64,000 bases of DNA from an uncultured Verrucomicrobiae bacterium (GTDB taxonomy: Bacteria > Verrucomicrobiota > Verrucomicrobiia > Limisphaerales > Palsa-1400), in NCBI GenBank assembly GCA_963707025.1, contig CAVPOM010000006.1:384001-448000 (forward strand). The letters run 5' to 3'. Each line of letters opens with the position of its first letter. Position 1 is the first letter of the stretch. Shown in pieces: positions 29,351 to 40,090 of the stretch. The translations under genes were made by a program, and so were the position numbers. Under the pieces are notes generated by a model, which had not been told where the DNA came from, did no database searches, and saw only the letters and a list, made by a program, of their open reading frames with translations.

Positions 29351-29704
29351 ATGGAAGTCCAAGCCATCACCAGGAACGTGCGCATGTCGGCGCAGAAAAT
29401 GCGCGAAGTCGTGCGGCAGATTCAAGGGATGAAGACGGCCGACGCCCAGGCGGTTTTGGCCGTGGTCCCGCGCAAGGGCGCGCGGGTGGTGGCCAAGACG
29501 CTGGCCTCGGCCCTGGCCAACGCGGAGGACCTCAAGGCCCACAAAGAGGATTTTGCCGGCTTGAAAACGGAGAATTTGCGCATCAAAAGCGCCCTGGCCG
29601 GCACGGCGACCCCGCTGAAGCGGTTCACCCCCAAGGCGCGCGGCTCGGCCGGCCCCATTATCAAGCGCAACTGTCATGTAAAAATTGTTTTGTCAGACGA
29701 ATAA
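29351..29704 (+). CDS. rplV: 50S ribosomal protein L22
   Basis: [25 protein letters not shown]. Confidence 0.96.
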   Translation: MEVQAITRNVRMSAQKMREVVRQIQGMKTADAQAVLAVVPRKGARVVAKTLASALANAEDLKAHKEDFAGLKTENLRIKSALAGTATPLKRFTPKARGSAGPIIKRNCHVKIVLSDE

Positions 29705-29711
29705 CCAACCT

Positions 29712-30386
29712 ATGGGTCAAAAAACTAATCCAATCGGTTTGCGGGTCGCCGTCAACAAGGACTGGGGCTCGAAATGGTTTGCCGAGAAGAAAGAGTTCGG
29801 CAAGCTCCTGACCGAAGACCGCAAAATCCGCGAGATTTTGAAGTCCAAGCTGGAAGGCGCCTCGGTCTCCAAAATCCAGCTCGAACGGGCCGCCTCCCGC
29901 TGCCGCATCACCATTTTTACGGCGCGGCCCGGCGTGGTCATCGGGCGCAAAGGGGCGGAGATTGACAAGCTGAAGGAGGAGTTGGGCAAGATGACCGGCA
30001 AGGAAGTGTATGTGGACATCCAGGAGATCAAGCAGCCGGAAATGGACGCCCAATTGGTGGCGGAAAACATCGCCTTGCAGTTGGAACGCCGCGTCTCCTT
30101 CCGCCGCGCCATGAAAAAAGCCGTGCAGGTGGCGATGGACTTCGGCGCCGAGGGCATCAAGGTGCGGGTGGGCGGGCGCCTGGGCGGGGCCGAAATCGCG
30201 CGGGTGGAAAAATATCACCAGGGGCGGGTGCCGCTGCATACCCTGCGGGCCAATATTGACTACGGCTTTGCCGAGGCCAACACCCTCTATGGCAAGCTCG
30301 GCATCAAATGCTGGATTTGCAAAGGCGACATCGCCGTGCAGAAGAAACTGCCGGTCCCGCCCTTGACGGCCCCCGCGGACAATTAA
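29712..30386 (+). CDS. rpsC: 30S ribosomal protein S3
   Basis: [35 protein letters not shown]. Confidence 0.98.
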   Translation: MGQKTNPIGLRVAVNKDWGSKWFAEKKEFGKLLTEDRKIREILKSKLEGASVSKIQLERAASRCRITIFTARPGVVIGRKGAEIDKLKEELGKMTGKEVYVDIQEIKQPEMDAQLVAENIALQLERRVSFRRAMKKAVQVAMDFGAEGIKVRVGGRLGGAEIARVEKYHQGRVPLHTLRANIDYGFAEANTLYGKLGIKCWICKGDIAVQKKLPVPPLTAPADN

Positions 30387-30403
30387 AAAAGGATTTTTCA
30401 GAC

Positions 30404-30823
30404 ATGCCATTGATACCAGAGAGAGTCAAATACCGCAAAATGCACCGGGGCAGCCGCACCGGCCTGGCCCAGCGCGGCGGCACGGTGGCCTTTGGCGAGT
30501 ACGGATTGCAGGCCCTGGAACGCTGCTGGCTGGACACCAAACAGGTGGAAGCGGCCCGGGTGGCGGTGACCCGCTTTATGAAGCGGCGCGGCAAGGTGTG
30601 GATTCGGATTTTCCCGCAGAAATCGTTCACCAAAAAGCCCTTGGAAACGCGCATGGGCAAGGGCAAGGGGCCGCTGGAATCCTGGGTGGCGGTCATCCGC
30701 CCGGCCAACGTCATCTTTGAAGTGGACGGGGTGCCCGAAGCGGTGGCGCGGGAGTCCATGCGCCTGGCGGCGGCCAAGCTGCCCATCAGAACCAAGTTCA
30801 TTTCGCGCCACCAGATGGCCTAA
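30404..30823 (+). CDS. rplP: 50S ribosomal protein L16
   Basis: [25 protein letters not shown]. Confidence 0.98.
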   Translation: MPLIPERVKYRKMHRGSRTGLAQRGGTVAFGEYGLQALERCWLDTKQVEAARVAVTRFMKRRGKVWIRIFPQKSFTKKPLETRMGKGKGPLESWVAVIRPANVIFEVDGVPEAVARESMRLAAAKLPIRTKFISRHQMA

Positions 30824-30830
30824 GCAGATT

Positions 30831-31028
30831 ATGAAGATGTCCGAAATAAAAGATTTGACCGCGGCCGAGTTGGCGGTCAAAAGCCGCGACCTGCGCCAGG
30901 AACTCTTTCAACTGCGCCTGCAGCAGGCCAGCAGCCAACTGGAGCATCCGGCCAAGATGCGCCTGTTGCGCCGCGATGTGGCCCGCCTGGAAACCCGCCT
31001 CACCCAACTCCGCGCCAAACCGGCCTGA
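30831..31028 (+). CDS. rpmC: 50S ribosomal protein L29
   Basis: ELFQLRLQ...RRDVARLET; S10-operon position. Confidence 0.94.
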   Translation: MKMSEIKDLTAAELAVKSRDLRQELFQLRLQQASSQLEHPAKMRLLRRDVARLETRLTQLRAKPA

Positions 31029-31049
31029 TTTCACCCGATTTGATACGTT

Positions 31050-31358
31050 ATGCCTGAAACCACCCCAATCGCCCGCAGCCAGCGCAAAGAGCGCCTGGGC
31101 AGGGTCCTTTCCAATAAAATGGCCAAGACCATCGTCGTCGAAGTCGAGCGGCGCTATCCCCACGCCAAATATAAAAAGGTGGTGACGGCCCACGCCAAGT
31201 TTTACGCCCACGACGAGAAGGGCGAAGCCAAGGTCGGCGATCTGGTCCTGATCCATGAGACCCGGCCGCTGTCCAAGCTGAAGCGCTGGCGCCTGAGCCA
31301 GGTGGTGGAGCGATCGCGCGAGACCGTCCATGCGGCGGCCGCGGCGGCGGCGGCTTAA
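31050..31358 (+). CDS. rpsQ: 30S ribosomal protein S17
   Basis: [21 protein letters not shown]; poly-Ala tail. Confidence 0.97.
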   Translation: MPETTPIARSQRKERLGRVLSNKMAKTIVVEVERRYPHAKYKKVVTAHAKFYAHDEKGEAKVGDLVLIHETRPLSKLKRWRLSQVVERSRETVHAAAAAAAA

Positions 31359-31369
31359 CCGGACAATTT

Positions 31370-31735
31370 ATGTTACAAGTTCGATCCATTGTGGATGTGG
31401 CTGACAATACCGGCGCCAAAAAGGCGGCGGCCATCGGGGTGATCGGCCGCAACCAGAAATACGCCGGCATCGGCGACGTCATCAAGGCGCACATCAAGGA
31501 GGCCACCCCGGACGGGACAGTCAAGAAGGGCGAAGTGGTCAACGCGGTGCTGGTGCGCACGCGCCAGCAAATCCGGCGCTCCGACGGGTCGTATTTGCGC
31601 TTTGACAGCAACGCCATCGTGATCATTGACGCGGAAAACAACCCGCGGGGGACCCGCATCTTCGGGCCGGTCGCGCGGGAGCTGCGCGACCGCAAGTTCA
31701 TGAAGATCATTTCCCTGGCTCCGGAGGTCATTTAA
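31370..31735 (+). CDS. rplN: 50S ribosomal protein L14
   Basis: [28 protein letters not shown]. Confidence 0.98.
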   Translation: MLQVRSIVDVADNTGAKKAAAIGVIGRNQKYAGIGDVIKAHIKEATPDGTVKKGEVVNAVLVRTRQQIRRSDGSYLRFDSNAIVIIDAENNPRGTRIFGPVARELRDRKFMKIISLAPEVI

Positions 31736-31737
31736 GT

Positions 31738-32064
31738 ATGCGCCATTTTCATGTTAAAAAAGACGACGAGGTGGTGGTCATCGCCGGCAAGGCCCTGGGC
31801 CAGCGCGGCAAAATTTTGCGGATTGCCGGCAAAAAGGGCCGGGCCGTGGTGGAGGGGCTGCACATGATCAAACGCCACACCAAGAAAAACCAGGCCCACC
31901 CGCAGGGCGCCATCATCGAGCGGGAAGGCACCGTCCACCTGTCCAATTTGATGCTGGCGGAAAAATTTGACGCCCGGGCCGCGGCCCGCGCCAGCCAGCC
32001 AACCCCGGAGGCCAAACCCGCCGCCGAAGCGCCCGCCCCCTCCAGCCCGGAGGCCCAAGCCTAA
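31738..32064 (+). CDS. rplX: 50S ribosomal protein L24
   Basis: KKDDEVVVIAGK, EG.VHLSN. Confidence 0.96.
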   Translation: MRHFHVKKDDEVVVIAGKALGQRGKILRIAGKKGRAVVEGLHMIKRHTKKNQAHPQGAIIEREGTVHLSNLMLAEKFDARAAARASQPTPEAKPAAEAPAPSSPEAQA

Positions 32065-32073
32065 AGGCCAGCC

Positions 32074-32727
32074 ATGAAACCCAGACTTTACGACAAGTAC
32101 GTCAACGAGGTGCGGCCCGCCTTGCGCGAGAAGCGGCAGTACCAAAACATCCACCAGGTTCCACGCCTGGAGAAAATCGTGGTCAACATGGGAGTGAGCG
32201 CGTCGCTGGAAAAAGGGGCGGTGGAAGACGCCGTGCGCGACATGACCCTCATCACCGGGCGCAAGCCGGTCGTCTGCAAATCGCGCCACAGCATCGCCAA
32301 TTTCAAGCTGCGCGAAGGCCAGTCCATCGGCTGCCGCGTCACCTTGCGCCGCGAGCAGATGTACGAGTTCTTTGACCGCCTGGTCGCGGCCGCCTTGCCG
32401 CGCATTCGTGACTTTCGCGGCCTTTCGCCCCGCTCCTTTGACGGGCGGGGCAATTACACCCTGGGCGTTTCGGAGCAGACCATCTTTCCCGAAGTCGAAC
32501 TGGACAAGATCAAACGCAACCAGGGCATGGACATCACCATCGTCACCACCGCGCCGACGGACGGGGAGGCGATGGACCTGCTCAAGTTGATGGGCTTGCC
32601 GTTTGCCGAGGCAAAAGTGGAGCACAAGCCGGCCGAGCACGCCGCCGCGCCACCCGCCCCGGCGGAGCAGGCGCCGGCGGAGCACCCGGCGGCAGAGCCA
32701 AAGACCGCGGAACACAACGCACCCTAA
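32074..32727 (+). CDS. rplE: 50S ribosomal protein L5
   Basis: [28 protein letters not shown]. Confidence 0.98.
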   Translation: MKPRLYDKYVNEVRPALREKRQYQNIHQVPRLEKIVVNMGVSASLEKGAVEDAVRDMTLITGRKPVVCKSRHSIANFKLREGQSIGCRVTLRREQMYEFFDRLVAAALPRIRDFRGLSPRSFDGRGNYTLGVSEQTIFPEVELDKIKRNQGMDITIVTTAPTDGEAMDLLKLMGLPFAEAKVEHKPAEHAAAPPAPAEQAPAEHPAAEPKTAEHNAP

Positions 32728-32734
32728 ACCGTAT

Positions 32735-33004
32735 ATGGCCAAAATAGCCTGGATAGAACGCAACAAGAGGAAAGCCGCCACCGTGAAGAAATTCGCGGCT
32801 CTGCGGGCCGAGTTGAAGGCGCGCCGCGATTACGCCGGCCTGAGCAAACTGCCGCGCGACGCCAGCCCAAGCCGCCTGGTCAACCGCTGTTCCATGACCG
32901 GCCGCCGCCACGGCTATTTGCGCAAGTTCGCCTGCTCCCGCCTGACGTTCCGCGAGGCGGCCTTGAACGGGTTGATTCCGGGCGTGACCAAGGCAAGCTG
33001 GTAA
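32735..33004 (+). CDS. rpsN: 30S ribosomal protein S14 (89-aa form, zinc-ribbon Cys largely absent)
   Basis: [24 protein letters not shown]. Confidence 0.96.
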   Translation: MAKIAWIERNKRKAATVKKFAALRAELKARRDYAGLSKLPRDASPSRLVNRCSMTGRRHGYLRKFACSRLTFREAALNGLIPGVTKASW

Positions 33005-33010
33005 AAATTT

Positions 33011-33397
33011 ATGAGCGATCCCATTTCAGACATGCTGACGCGCCTGCGCAATGCCGGCCGGGCTTTCCTGCCGGAGATCCTGCTGCCCCATTCCAAATTG
33101 AAGGAGGGCATTGCCCAATTGCTGAAAAAGGAGGGCTACTTGTCGGAGGTCGTGGTGGAAGGCCAGCCCATCAAGAAGCTCAAAATCAAGCTCAAGTACA
33201 ACGGGCGCAAGCCCGTGCTGGAAGGCTCCCGGCGCGTCAGTTCGCCCGGCTTGCGCCGCTATGTCGGCGCGACCAGCGTGCCGCGGGTGCGGGGCGGGAT
33301 GGGGACCTCCATTCTGTCCACCCCGGAGGGCATCATGACCGGCGTGCAGGCCCGCAAGAAGAATGTGGGCGGTGAATTGCTTTGTGAAGTTTGGTAG
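33011..33397 (+). CDS. rpsH: 30S ribosomal protein S8
   Basis: DPISDMLTRLRNA, SPGLRRY, VGGELLC. Confidence 0.98.
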   Translation: MSDPISDMLTRLRNAGRAFLPEILLPHSKLKEGIAQLLKKEGYLSEVVVEGQPIKKLKIKLKYNGRKPVLEGSRRVSSPGLRRYVGATSVPRVRGGMGTSILSTPEGIMTGVQARKKNVGGELLCEVW

Positions 33398-33455
33398 CAG
33401 CAATCAGTCCAATCCGTCCAACCCGGCGGATCGGTCCGATAATCAAAAATAATTT

Positions 33456-33992
33456 ATGTCGCGAATTGGAAAAATGCCGGTGGCCGTCCCGCCAAAGGTC
33501 AAGGTGGAAATTAAAGGCCAGCAGGTCTCGGTGGAAGGGCCCAAAGGCAAGCTCGATTTCGAGCTGCCCCACCGCACCTCGGCCAAACTGGACGGGAGCA
33601 ACGTGGTCGTCAGCCGGGCCGGGGAGGATGCCCAAGCCAAGGCGCTCCACGGCCTCAGCCGCGCCCTGGTCCAAAATATGGTCAAGGGTGTGAGCGAGGG
33701 GTTTGTCAAGAAGCTGGAGATCCAGGGCGTCGGCTTCAAGGCCGCCGTGCAGGGCAACAAGGTCAATCTTGTCCTCGGTTATTCCCACCCGATCCTTTAT
33801 CTCATTCCGCGCCAGATCAAAGTGACGGTGGAGGAAAACACCAAGCTGACCATCGAAGGCCCGGACAAGCAATTGGTCGGGCAGGTCGCGGCCGAGATCC
33901 GCAGCTATTATCCGCCCGAGCCTTACAAGGGCAAGGGCGTGCGTTACGTGGGCGAGAAGGTCGTCCGCAAGGAAGGCAAAACGGTCCAATAA
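33456..33992 (+). CDS. rplF: 50S ribosomal protein L6
   Basis: MSRIGK, PEPYKGKGVRY. Confidence 0.98.
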   Translation: MSRIGKMPVAVPPKVKVEIKGQQVSVEGPKGKLDFELPHRTSAKLDGSNVVVSRAGEDAQAKALHGLSRALVQNMVKGVSEGFVKKLEIQGVGFKAAVQGNKVNLVLGYSHPILYLIPRQIKVTVEENTKLTIEGPDKQLVGQVAAEIRSYYPPEPYKGKGVRYVGEKVVRKEGKTVQ

Positions 33993-34027
33993 CTAAACGG
34001 CGGCGGCTTCCTCCGCCGCCCCATGCC

Positions 34028-34393
34028 ATGAGAAGCGATAAAAAACAAAAGCTGGCCAGGCTGCGACACTTTCGCATCCGGCAAAAGGTCACCGGCACGC
34101 GCCAGCGTCCGCGCATGAGCGTGCGCTTCACCAACGAGAACATTTACGTCCAGTTTATTGACGACGCCGCGGGAGCCACGCTGGCCTGCGCCTCGACCCT
34201 GGACAAGGCCCTGCCGGAGCGCGCCACCCTGGCCGCCAACACGGCCAGCGCGAAAAAGATCGGAGCCAGGGCGGCGGAGGCCGCCAAAAGCAAAGGGATC
34301 ACCAGCGTCGTTTTTGATCGCAGCGGGGCGCGTTATCATGGCAAGGTAAAGGCCCTGGCCGACGCGGCGCGCGAAGGCGGATTGAAGTTTTAA
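34028..34393 (+). CDS. rplR: 50S ribosomal protein L18
   Basis: [24 protein letters not shown]. Confidence 0.97.
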   Translation: MRSDKKQKLARLRHFRIRQKVTGTRQRPRMSVRFTNENIYVQFIDDAAGATLACASTLDKALPERATLAANTASAKKIGARAAEAAKSKGITSVVFDRSGARYHGKVKALADAAREGGLKF

Positions 34394-34412
34394 CATTAAG
34401 AACCCAAATATT

Positions 34413-35201
34413 GTGGCTGAATTACATAAAACATCCAGTGGACCCGCCCGAGGCGGGAGCGGAGGCGGCCGCGGTCCCGGCCGCAGCCCGCGCCGCAGCC
34501 GTGCCACCACGCCGGAAGGCGACGGTTCCGCGGGCGGGGCGGAAGGCGGCAAGGAATTGAGCGAGAAGGTCGTCTTCATCAACCGTTCCGCCAAGGTGGT
34601 CAAAGGCGGCCGCCGTTTCAGCTTCAGCGCCTTGGTCGTGGCCGGGGACAAGCAGGGGCGGGTCGGCATCGGTTTGGGCAAGGCGGTGGAGGTCAGCGAG
34701 GCCATCCGCAAGGGCGGCGACATGGCCAAGCAGCAGATGGTTTCCGTTTCCCTGAAGGATGCCACCATTCCCCACGAGATTTTATGCCGCTATGGCGGGG
34801 CCAAGGTGATGTTGCGTCCCGCCTCGCCCGGCACGGGCATCATTGCCGGCAAAACCGTGCGCGCGGTGGTCGAGTCGGCCGGCGTCAAAGACATTTTGAC
34901 CAAGTCCCTCGGTTCCAACAATCCGTCCAACGTGGTCAAGGCCACCCTGGCCGGATTGCAGCAGCTTCGCTTGCGGGAAGATATTTATCGCGACCGGGGA
35001 ATTGAAATAAAGAAAAAGCCGGTGGCCGCTCCCCTGGCCCCGGCCGCAGCGGCGCCCGCGGCCCCGGCGGCAACGCCAGCGCCTGTGGCTCCCGCGGCGC
35101 AGCCGGCCATCACTCCAGCACTCCAACACTCCGCCGCTCCCGCGGCACCCCCCGTGGCAGAGCCAGCCCCAACAGTCGTGCCCCCGCCCGCCACTATTTG
35201 A
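34413..35201 (+). CDS. rpsE: 30S ribosomal protein S5 with Gly/Arg N-terminal and Ala/Pro C-terminal extensions
   Basis: [34 protein letters not shown]. Confidence 0.97.
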   Translation: MAELHKTSSGPARGGSGGGRGPGRSPRRSRATTPEGDGSAGGAEGGKELSEKVVFINRSAKVVKGGRRFSFSALVVAGDKQGRVGIGLGKAVEVSEAIRKGGDMAKQQMVSVSLKDATIPHEILCRYGGAKVMLRPASPGTGIIAGKTVRAVVESAGVKDILTKSLGSNNPSNVVKATLAGLQQLRLREDIYRDRGIEIKKKPVAAPLAPAAAAPAAPAATPAPVAPAAQPAITPALQHSAAPAAPPVAEPAPTVVPPPATI

Positions 35202-35205
35202 TCTT

Positions 35206-35679
35206 ATGCGTTTACACGATCTCAAACCTCGTCCCGGCGCCAAACACCGTCGCAAACGGCTCGGCCAGGGGGAATCCAGCGGCCACGGCAAAACCAGCGG
35301 TCGCGGCGGCAAGGGCCAGACGGCCCGGTCGGGCAGTTCGATTCGCATTGGGTTTGAAGGCGGCCAGATGCCCTTGATCCGGCGGCTGCCCAAGCGGGGA
35401 TTTAACAACGCCAACTTCACCACCCGCTATGTGCCGGTCAACCTGGCGGCGCTCAACCGGTTTGAGGACGGGGCCACGGTGGACGAGACGGCCTTGCGCG
35501 GGGCCGGGCTGGCCAACGGGGGCAAGCGGATCAAGATCCTGGGCGATGGCGAATTGAAAAAGAAACTGACCGTCAAAATTCATTCCTTCAGCGCGTCGGC
35601 GCGGGCCAAGATTGAGAAACTGGGCGGCACCTGCCAGGTGGTCGCCCTCGCGCCAAAAAAGGCGGCGGCCGCAGCCTGA
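35206..35679 (+). CDS. rplO: 50S ribosomal protein L15
   Basis: GKTSGRGGKGQ, GFEGGQMPL.RRLPKRGF. Confidence 0.98.
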   Translation: MRLHDLKPRPGAKHRRKRLGQGESSGHGKTSGRGGKGQTARSGSSIRIGFEGGQMPLIRRLPKRGFNNANFTTRYVPVNLAALNRFEDGATVDETALRGAGLANGGKRIKILGDGELKKKLTVKIHSFSASARAKIEKLGGTCQVVALAPKKAAAAA

Positions 35680-35694
35680 TTCCCGGATCATTCG

Positions 35695-37098
35695 ATGTTC
35701 TCCTCCATTTTCACCACCTTCGGCAACTGCCTCAAGATTCCCGAGCTCAAGTCGCGCATCGGCTTCACCCTGTGGATGCTCTTCTTCTGCCGCCTGGCCT
35801 CGCTCATTCCCACCCCCGGGCTGAACAGCAAGGCGCTGGTTGACTATTTTCAGTCCGCCGCCGGCAAGGGCGGCATGGGCGGAGGTCTGATGGGGATGTA
35901 CAGCATGTTCACCGGCGGCGGTTTTGAACGCTGCGCCGTGGGCAGCCTGGGCATCATGCCCTACATCAGCGCCACCATTATCCTGCAACTCCTCCAGGCC
36001 GTGGTCCCCACCCTGAGCAAATTGGCCCGGGAAGAAGGGGGCCGGGCCAAACTGATCCAGAAGGGACGTTACCTGACGGTGGGCCTGTGCTTGATCCAGG
36101 GACTGGTCATGGCGATCAGTTGGGAGCATCCGACCAGCGTGTTCACCAATTTCAAGGACGTCCTGGTGACCATGCATCCCATGTGGTGGTATCGCATTCA
36201 AACCACCCTCATCCTGACCACCGGCACGGTGCTGCTCATGTGGCTGGGCGAACAGATTACTGACCGGGGCATCGGCAACGGCATTTCCCTCATCATCACC
36301 ATCGGCATTTTGGCGCGCCTGCCGCAAATGGTGCTGGGTTTGAAGGACATGTTCCTGACGAAGGACCCCACCACCGGCGAGGCTCAATATAATATGTTTC
36401 ATTTCGCCGCCATGATGATGCTGCTCGCCGCCGTCATCGCCGGCATCGTCGCCGTCACCCAGGCCCAGCGGAAAATCCCCGTGCAATACGCCCAGCGCGT
36501 GGTGGGGCGCAAAACCTATTCCGGCGGCAGTTCCTTCATGCCCCTGCGCGTCAACTACGCGGGGGTCATGCCGGTCATTTTTGCCGCCGCCATTCTCATG
36601 TTTATCACCTTTATCCCGACGCAACTGGGCAAGTATTTCTCCGATCACGCTTTCGGGGCGCTGCTCACCCAGCTTGGGGACAGCCTCAATCGCGGCTCCG
36701 TGCTCTATTTGATTTTATACGGCTTGATGATCCTGTTTTTCTCCTATTTCTGGGTGGCCACACAGTTCAATGAAATCCAAATCGCCGACGATATGAAAAA
36801 GGGCGGCGGCTATGTGCCGGGCGTGCGCCCGGGGCAGGCGACCAGTGATTTCCTCCACAAAACGATGAGCCGCATCACCCTGGCCGGGGCCATCTTTCTC
36901 ACCATCATCGCCGTGGTGCCCATTATCATGAGCCCCTGGATGAGCATCCCCACCCAGGTCTCCCAGTTTTTTGGCGGCACCAGCCTGCTCATCATGGTGG
37001 GGGTGATGCTCGACACCATGCGCCAGATGGAGGCGCAATTGTTGACCCGGCAATACCCGGGCTTTTTGAAGAAGGGCCGGGTCAAGGGGCGGTTTTAG
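35695..37098 (+). CDS. secY: preprotein translocase SecY
   Basis: LGIMPYISA, GIGNGISLII, AGVMPVIFA, GGTSLLI. Confidence 0.98.
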   Translation: MFSSIFTTFGNCLKIPELKSRIGFTLWMLFFCRLASLIPTPGLNSKALVDYFQSAAGKGGMGGGLMGMYSMFTGGGFERCAVGSLGIMPYISATIILQLLQAVVPTLSKLAREEGGRAKLIQKGRYLTVGLCLIQGLVMAISWEHPTSVFTNFKDVLVTMHPMWWYRIQTTLILTTGTVLLMWLGEQITDRGIGNGISLIITIGILARLPQMVLGLKDMFLTKDPTTGEAQYNMFHFAAMMMLLAAVIAGIVAVTQAQRKIPVQYAQRVVGRKTYSGGSSFMPLRVNYAGVMPVIFAAAILMFITFIPTQLGKYFSDHAFGALLTQLGDSLNRGSVLYLILYGLMILFFSYFWVATQFNEIQIADDMKKGGGYVPGVRPGQATSDFLHKTMSRITLAGAIFLTIIAVVPIIMSPWMSIPTQVSQFFGGTSLLIMVGVMLDTMRQMEAQLLTRQYPGFLKKGRVKGRF

Positions 37099-37142
37099 CG
37101 GACGGTCTTGCCCCCGGCCAGCCCGAACCCCGCGGCCATAAG

Positions 37143-37922
37143 ATGATCATTTTAAAAAGCGAGCGAGACTTGGAAGTGATGCGTCCGGCCGGAGTGGTGG
37201 CGGCGACGGTGCTGGAGGAGGTCGCCTCGTTTATCCAGCCGGGGGTGAGCACCCGCGAAGTGGATGAGTTCGCGGCGGAGCGGATCAAGTTTTACGAGGG
37301 CAAGAGCGCCTTTTTGGGGTATCGGAAGTTTCCGTGCCATATTTGCATCTCGGTCAATGAGCAGGTCGTGCATGGGCTGGCCGGTGCCAGGCGGCTGGAG
37401 TTCGGCGAAATAGTCAGCCTGGACATCGGGGTGCTTTATCGCGGCTTTATCGGCGACACCGCCCGCACGGTGGCGGTGGGGGGCTGCGACGTGGCGGCGC
37501 AACGCCTGATGGACGTGACCGAGCAGGCCTTGCATTGGGGGATTGGGCAGGCCCTGGCCGGCAAGCGGGTGGTGGACATCTCGCGCACCATCCAGGAATT
37601 TGTCGAGTCCAACGGCTACAGCGTGGTGCGGGAGTTTGTCGGGCACGGGGTGGGGCGCTCCATGCATGAGGAGCCGCAGGTGCCCAATTTTGTGGAGAAG
37701 GACAAGCCCTCGCCCAAATTGCGGCCGGGCATGACCATTGCCATCGAGCCGATGGTCAACGGCGGCCGGCCCGAAGTCATGGTCTTGAATGATGGCTGGA
37801 CAGTCGTCACCAGAGATGGTCAACTGTCCGCTCATTTTGAGCACACGGTCTTGATTACCGAGGGTGAACCGGAGATTCTGACATGGCCAGCCAAGGTGCC
37901 TTCCAGGTTGAGGGCCGGGTAG
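37143..37922 (+). CDS. map: type I methionine aminopeptidase
   Basis: CISVNEQVVHG, GHGVG..MHEEP, IEPM, SAHFEHT. Confidence 0.97.
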   Translation: MIILKSERDLEVMRPAGVVAATVLEEVASFIQPGVSTREVDEFAAERIKFYEGKSAFLGYRKFPCHICISVNEQVVHGLAGARRLEFGEIVSLDIGVLYRGFIGDTARTVAVGGCDVAAQRLMDVTEQALHWGIGQALAGKRVVDISRTIQEFVESNGYSVVREFVGHGVGRSMHEEPQVPNFVEKDKPSPKLRPGMTIAIEPMVNGGRPEVMVLNDGWTVVTRDGQLSAHFEHTVLITEGEPEILTWPAKVPSRLRAG

Positions 37923-38092
37923 TGCAGGCGCTGCCCAAAATGCGGTTTTGGGTCGAGCTGCCCAACGGGCATCGCTTGCTGGCCCACGTCTCGGCCAAAA
38001 ACCGCCGTTTGGCGGAAGGTTTGGCGGCGGGCGACAGGGTGAAATTGGAAGTCTCGCCTTTCGATTTGTCGAAAGGCAGCATAACGCGATAG
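37883..38092 (+). CDS. infA: translation initiation factor IF-1 (divergent)
   Basis: VEG.V..ALP..F.VEL.NGH..LAH, GDRV..EVSPFDL.KG; between map and rpmJ. Confidence 0.85.
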   Translation: MASQGAFQVEGRVVQALPKMRFWVELPNGHRLLAHVSAKNRRLAEGLAAGDRVKLEVSPFDLSKGSITR

Positions 38093-38105
38093 ATTGGCTT
38101 AATTT

Positions 38106-38219
38106 ATGAAAGTACGGGCCTCAGTCAAAAAACTTTGCGAGAACTGCAAAATCGTCAAACGCAAGGGCGTGATTCGTGTCATCTGCACCAATCCGCGCCA
38201 CAAACAAAGACAAGGATAA
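38106..38219 (+). CDS. rpmJ: 50S ribosomal protein L36
   Basis: Manual translation [37 protein letters not shown] (below the ORF-track cut-off). Confidence 0.97.
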   Translation: MKVRASVKKLCENCKIVKRKGVIRVICTNPRHKQRQG

Positions 38220-38225
38220 AAAACT

Positions 38226-38621
38226 ATGGCACGAGTCGTCGGAGTTGAAATTCCCGGGGAGAAGCGCATTGATGTTGCCTTGCGCTACATCTTCGGCATT
38301 GGGCCTTCCAATGCCACCGTCATCCTGGCCAAGGCGGGCATTGACCCCGCCCTGCGCGCCAAGAACCTGGACGAGTCGCAGTTGTCCCAGATTGTCCATG
38401 CCATCCAGGACGGCAAGTACGTCATTGAAGGGGACCTGCGGCGCGAACTGGGCATCAACCTCAAACGCCTCCAAGGCATCAAATGTTATCGCGGCATCCG
38501 CCATTTGCGCGGCCTGCCGGTGCGCGGCCAGCGCACTTCCACCAACGCCCGCACCCGCAAAGGCCCGCGCAAGACCGTCGGCGTGCAGCGCAATCCCAAC
38601 GCCAAGACCGGCATCCACTAA
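38226..38621 (+). CDS. rpsM: 30S ribosomal protein S13
   Basis: [31 protein letters not shown]. Confidence 0.98.
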   Translation: MARVVGVEIPGEKRIDVALRYIFGIGPSNATVILAKAGIDPALRAKNLDESQLSQIVHAIQDGKYVIEGDLRRELGINLKRLQGIKCYRGIRHLRGLPVRGQRTSTNARTRKGPRKTVGVQRNPNAKTGIH

Positions 38622-38630
38622 TTCTCTCCT

Positions 38631-39316
38631 ATGGCTGACGATCCCAAACAAAAAACGCCCGCCCCCAAAAAGGAGGGCAAACCGGAAGGCGAAACGCCCA
38701 AAGGTTCCCATCCGCCCAAAAGGCCGGCCACCAGGCTGCCGCTGACGCCAAGGGCAAACCCGCCGCCGCCCCTGCCACCGCCGGCGCCGTCCCCGCCGCC
38801 CCTGGCGCCGCTCCCGGCGCCGCTCCCGGTGCCGCTCCCGGCGCCGCTCCCGGCGCCGCCCCCGCCGCCCCCGGCGGTATGGTGGCGGCCGCTTCGGCCC
38901 CGACGGCGGCTGAATTGCTGGGCGAAGATGCCAATGCCCGCAAGATCATCAAAGCCAAGGGCGCGAAAAACATTTCGGTGGGCATCGCCAACATCCTGGC
39001 CACCTTTAACAACACCAACGTCACCATCACCGACATGCAGGGCAACGTGCTGGGCTGGTCCAGCGCCGGGCGGGTCGGCTTTAAAGGCTCGCGCAAAAGC
39101 ACGGCCTTTGCCGCCCAGCAGGTGGCGCAGGACGCCGCCCGCCAGGCCATGTCCCACGGCATGAGGGAAATTGAAGTCCGCGTCAAAGGCCCCGGCTCGG
39201 GGCGGGAATCGGCCATTCGCGCCCTGCAAGCCATCGGCCTGGAAATCAGCGCGATCAAGGACGTCACCCCCGTTCCCCACAACGGCTGCCGTCCGCGCAA
39301 GAAACGCCGCGTCTAA
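38631..39316 (+). CDS. rpsK: 30S ribosomal protein S11 with long N-terminal (GAAP)n extension; one apparent frameshift near 38710
   Basis: [37 protein letters not shown]. Confidence 0.95.
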
Positions 39317-39327
39317 GTTGTCTTGGG

Positions 39328-39373
39328 AGATTTGAGATTAAGATTAAGATTAAGATTAAGAGTAAGACTCAGA
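39328..39373. repeat. (AGATTA)n tandem hexamer between rpsK and rpsD
   Basis: AGATTTGAGATTAAGATTAAGATTAAGATTAAGAGTAAGACTC. Confidence 0.75.
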
Positions 39374-39380
39374 ATATATT

Positions 39381-39989
39381 ATGGCTCGTTACACTGGACC
39401 CCGCACCCGCATCAGCCGCCGCTTCGGCATCCCCATGTTCGGCCCGGACAAATATCTGGAACGCCGCAACTACGGTCCCGGCGTGCATGGACCAAAGTCC
39501 CGGCGCAAGCACACCGAATACGGCCTGGGCCTGATCGAGAAGCAGAAACTGCGCTATTTTTACGGCCTGATGGAACGGCAGTTTCGCGGCGTCTATGAGC
39601 GCGCCCTCAAGCGCCGCGGCGTCACCGGCGAGCAGATGCTGCAAATCCTGGAAACCCGCCTGGACAATGTGGTTTACCACCTGGGCTTTGCCGCCACCCG
39701 CGCCGCCGCCCGCCAGATGGTCAGCCACGGCCACATCAAGGTCAACGGCCGCAAGGTCAACATCCCCTCTTACGGCTTGAAGATCAATGACATCGTGGAG
39801 GTCAAGGATACCAGCGTCTCCCGCCAGTTGGCCTCCAAAAATTTGGAAATGGCCACCAGCCGGGTCGTGCCCGATTGGATGTCCCTGGCCAAGGAAGCCT
39901 GCAAAGGCACCATCCTGCGCATCCCGACCCGGGCCGAAATCCAGCCCATCGCCAATGAGCAGGCCGTCGTCGAATTCTATTCCCGCTAG
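39381..39989 (+). CDS. rpsD: 30S ribosomal protein S4
   Basis: MARYTGP, EKQKLR, LETRLDNVVY, VEFYSR. Confidence 0.98.
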   Translation: MARYTGPRTRISRRFGIPMFGPDKYLERRNYGPGVHGPKSRRKHTEYGLGLIEKQKLRYFYGLMERQFRGVYERALKRRGVTGEQMLQILETRLDNVVYHLGFAATRAAARQMVSHGHIKVNGRKVNIPSYGLKINDIVEVKDTSVSRQLASKNLEMATSRVVPDWMSLAKEACKGTILRIPTRAEIQPIANEQAVVEFYSR

Positions 39990-40090
39990 ACAACAAACCG
40001 TCCCGCCCGCGCGGGACAAAAACAATTACACGGGCTTCGCCGCGGCGGGAACCGGCGCCGAAGCCAGATTAAAATTGTGGAAAGGAAACT

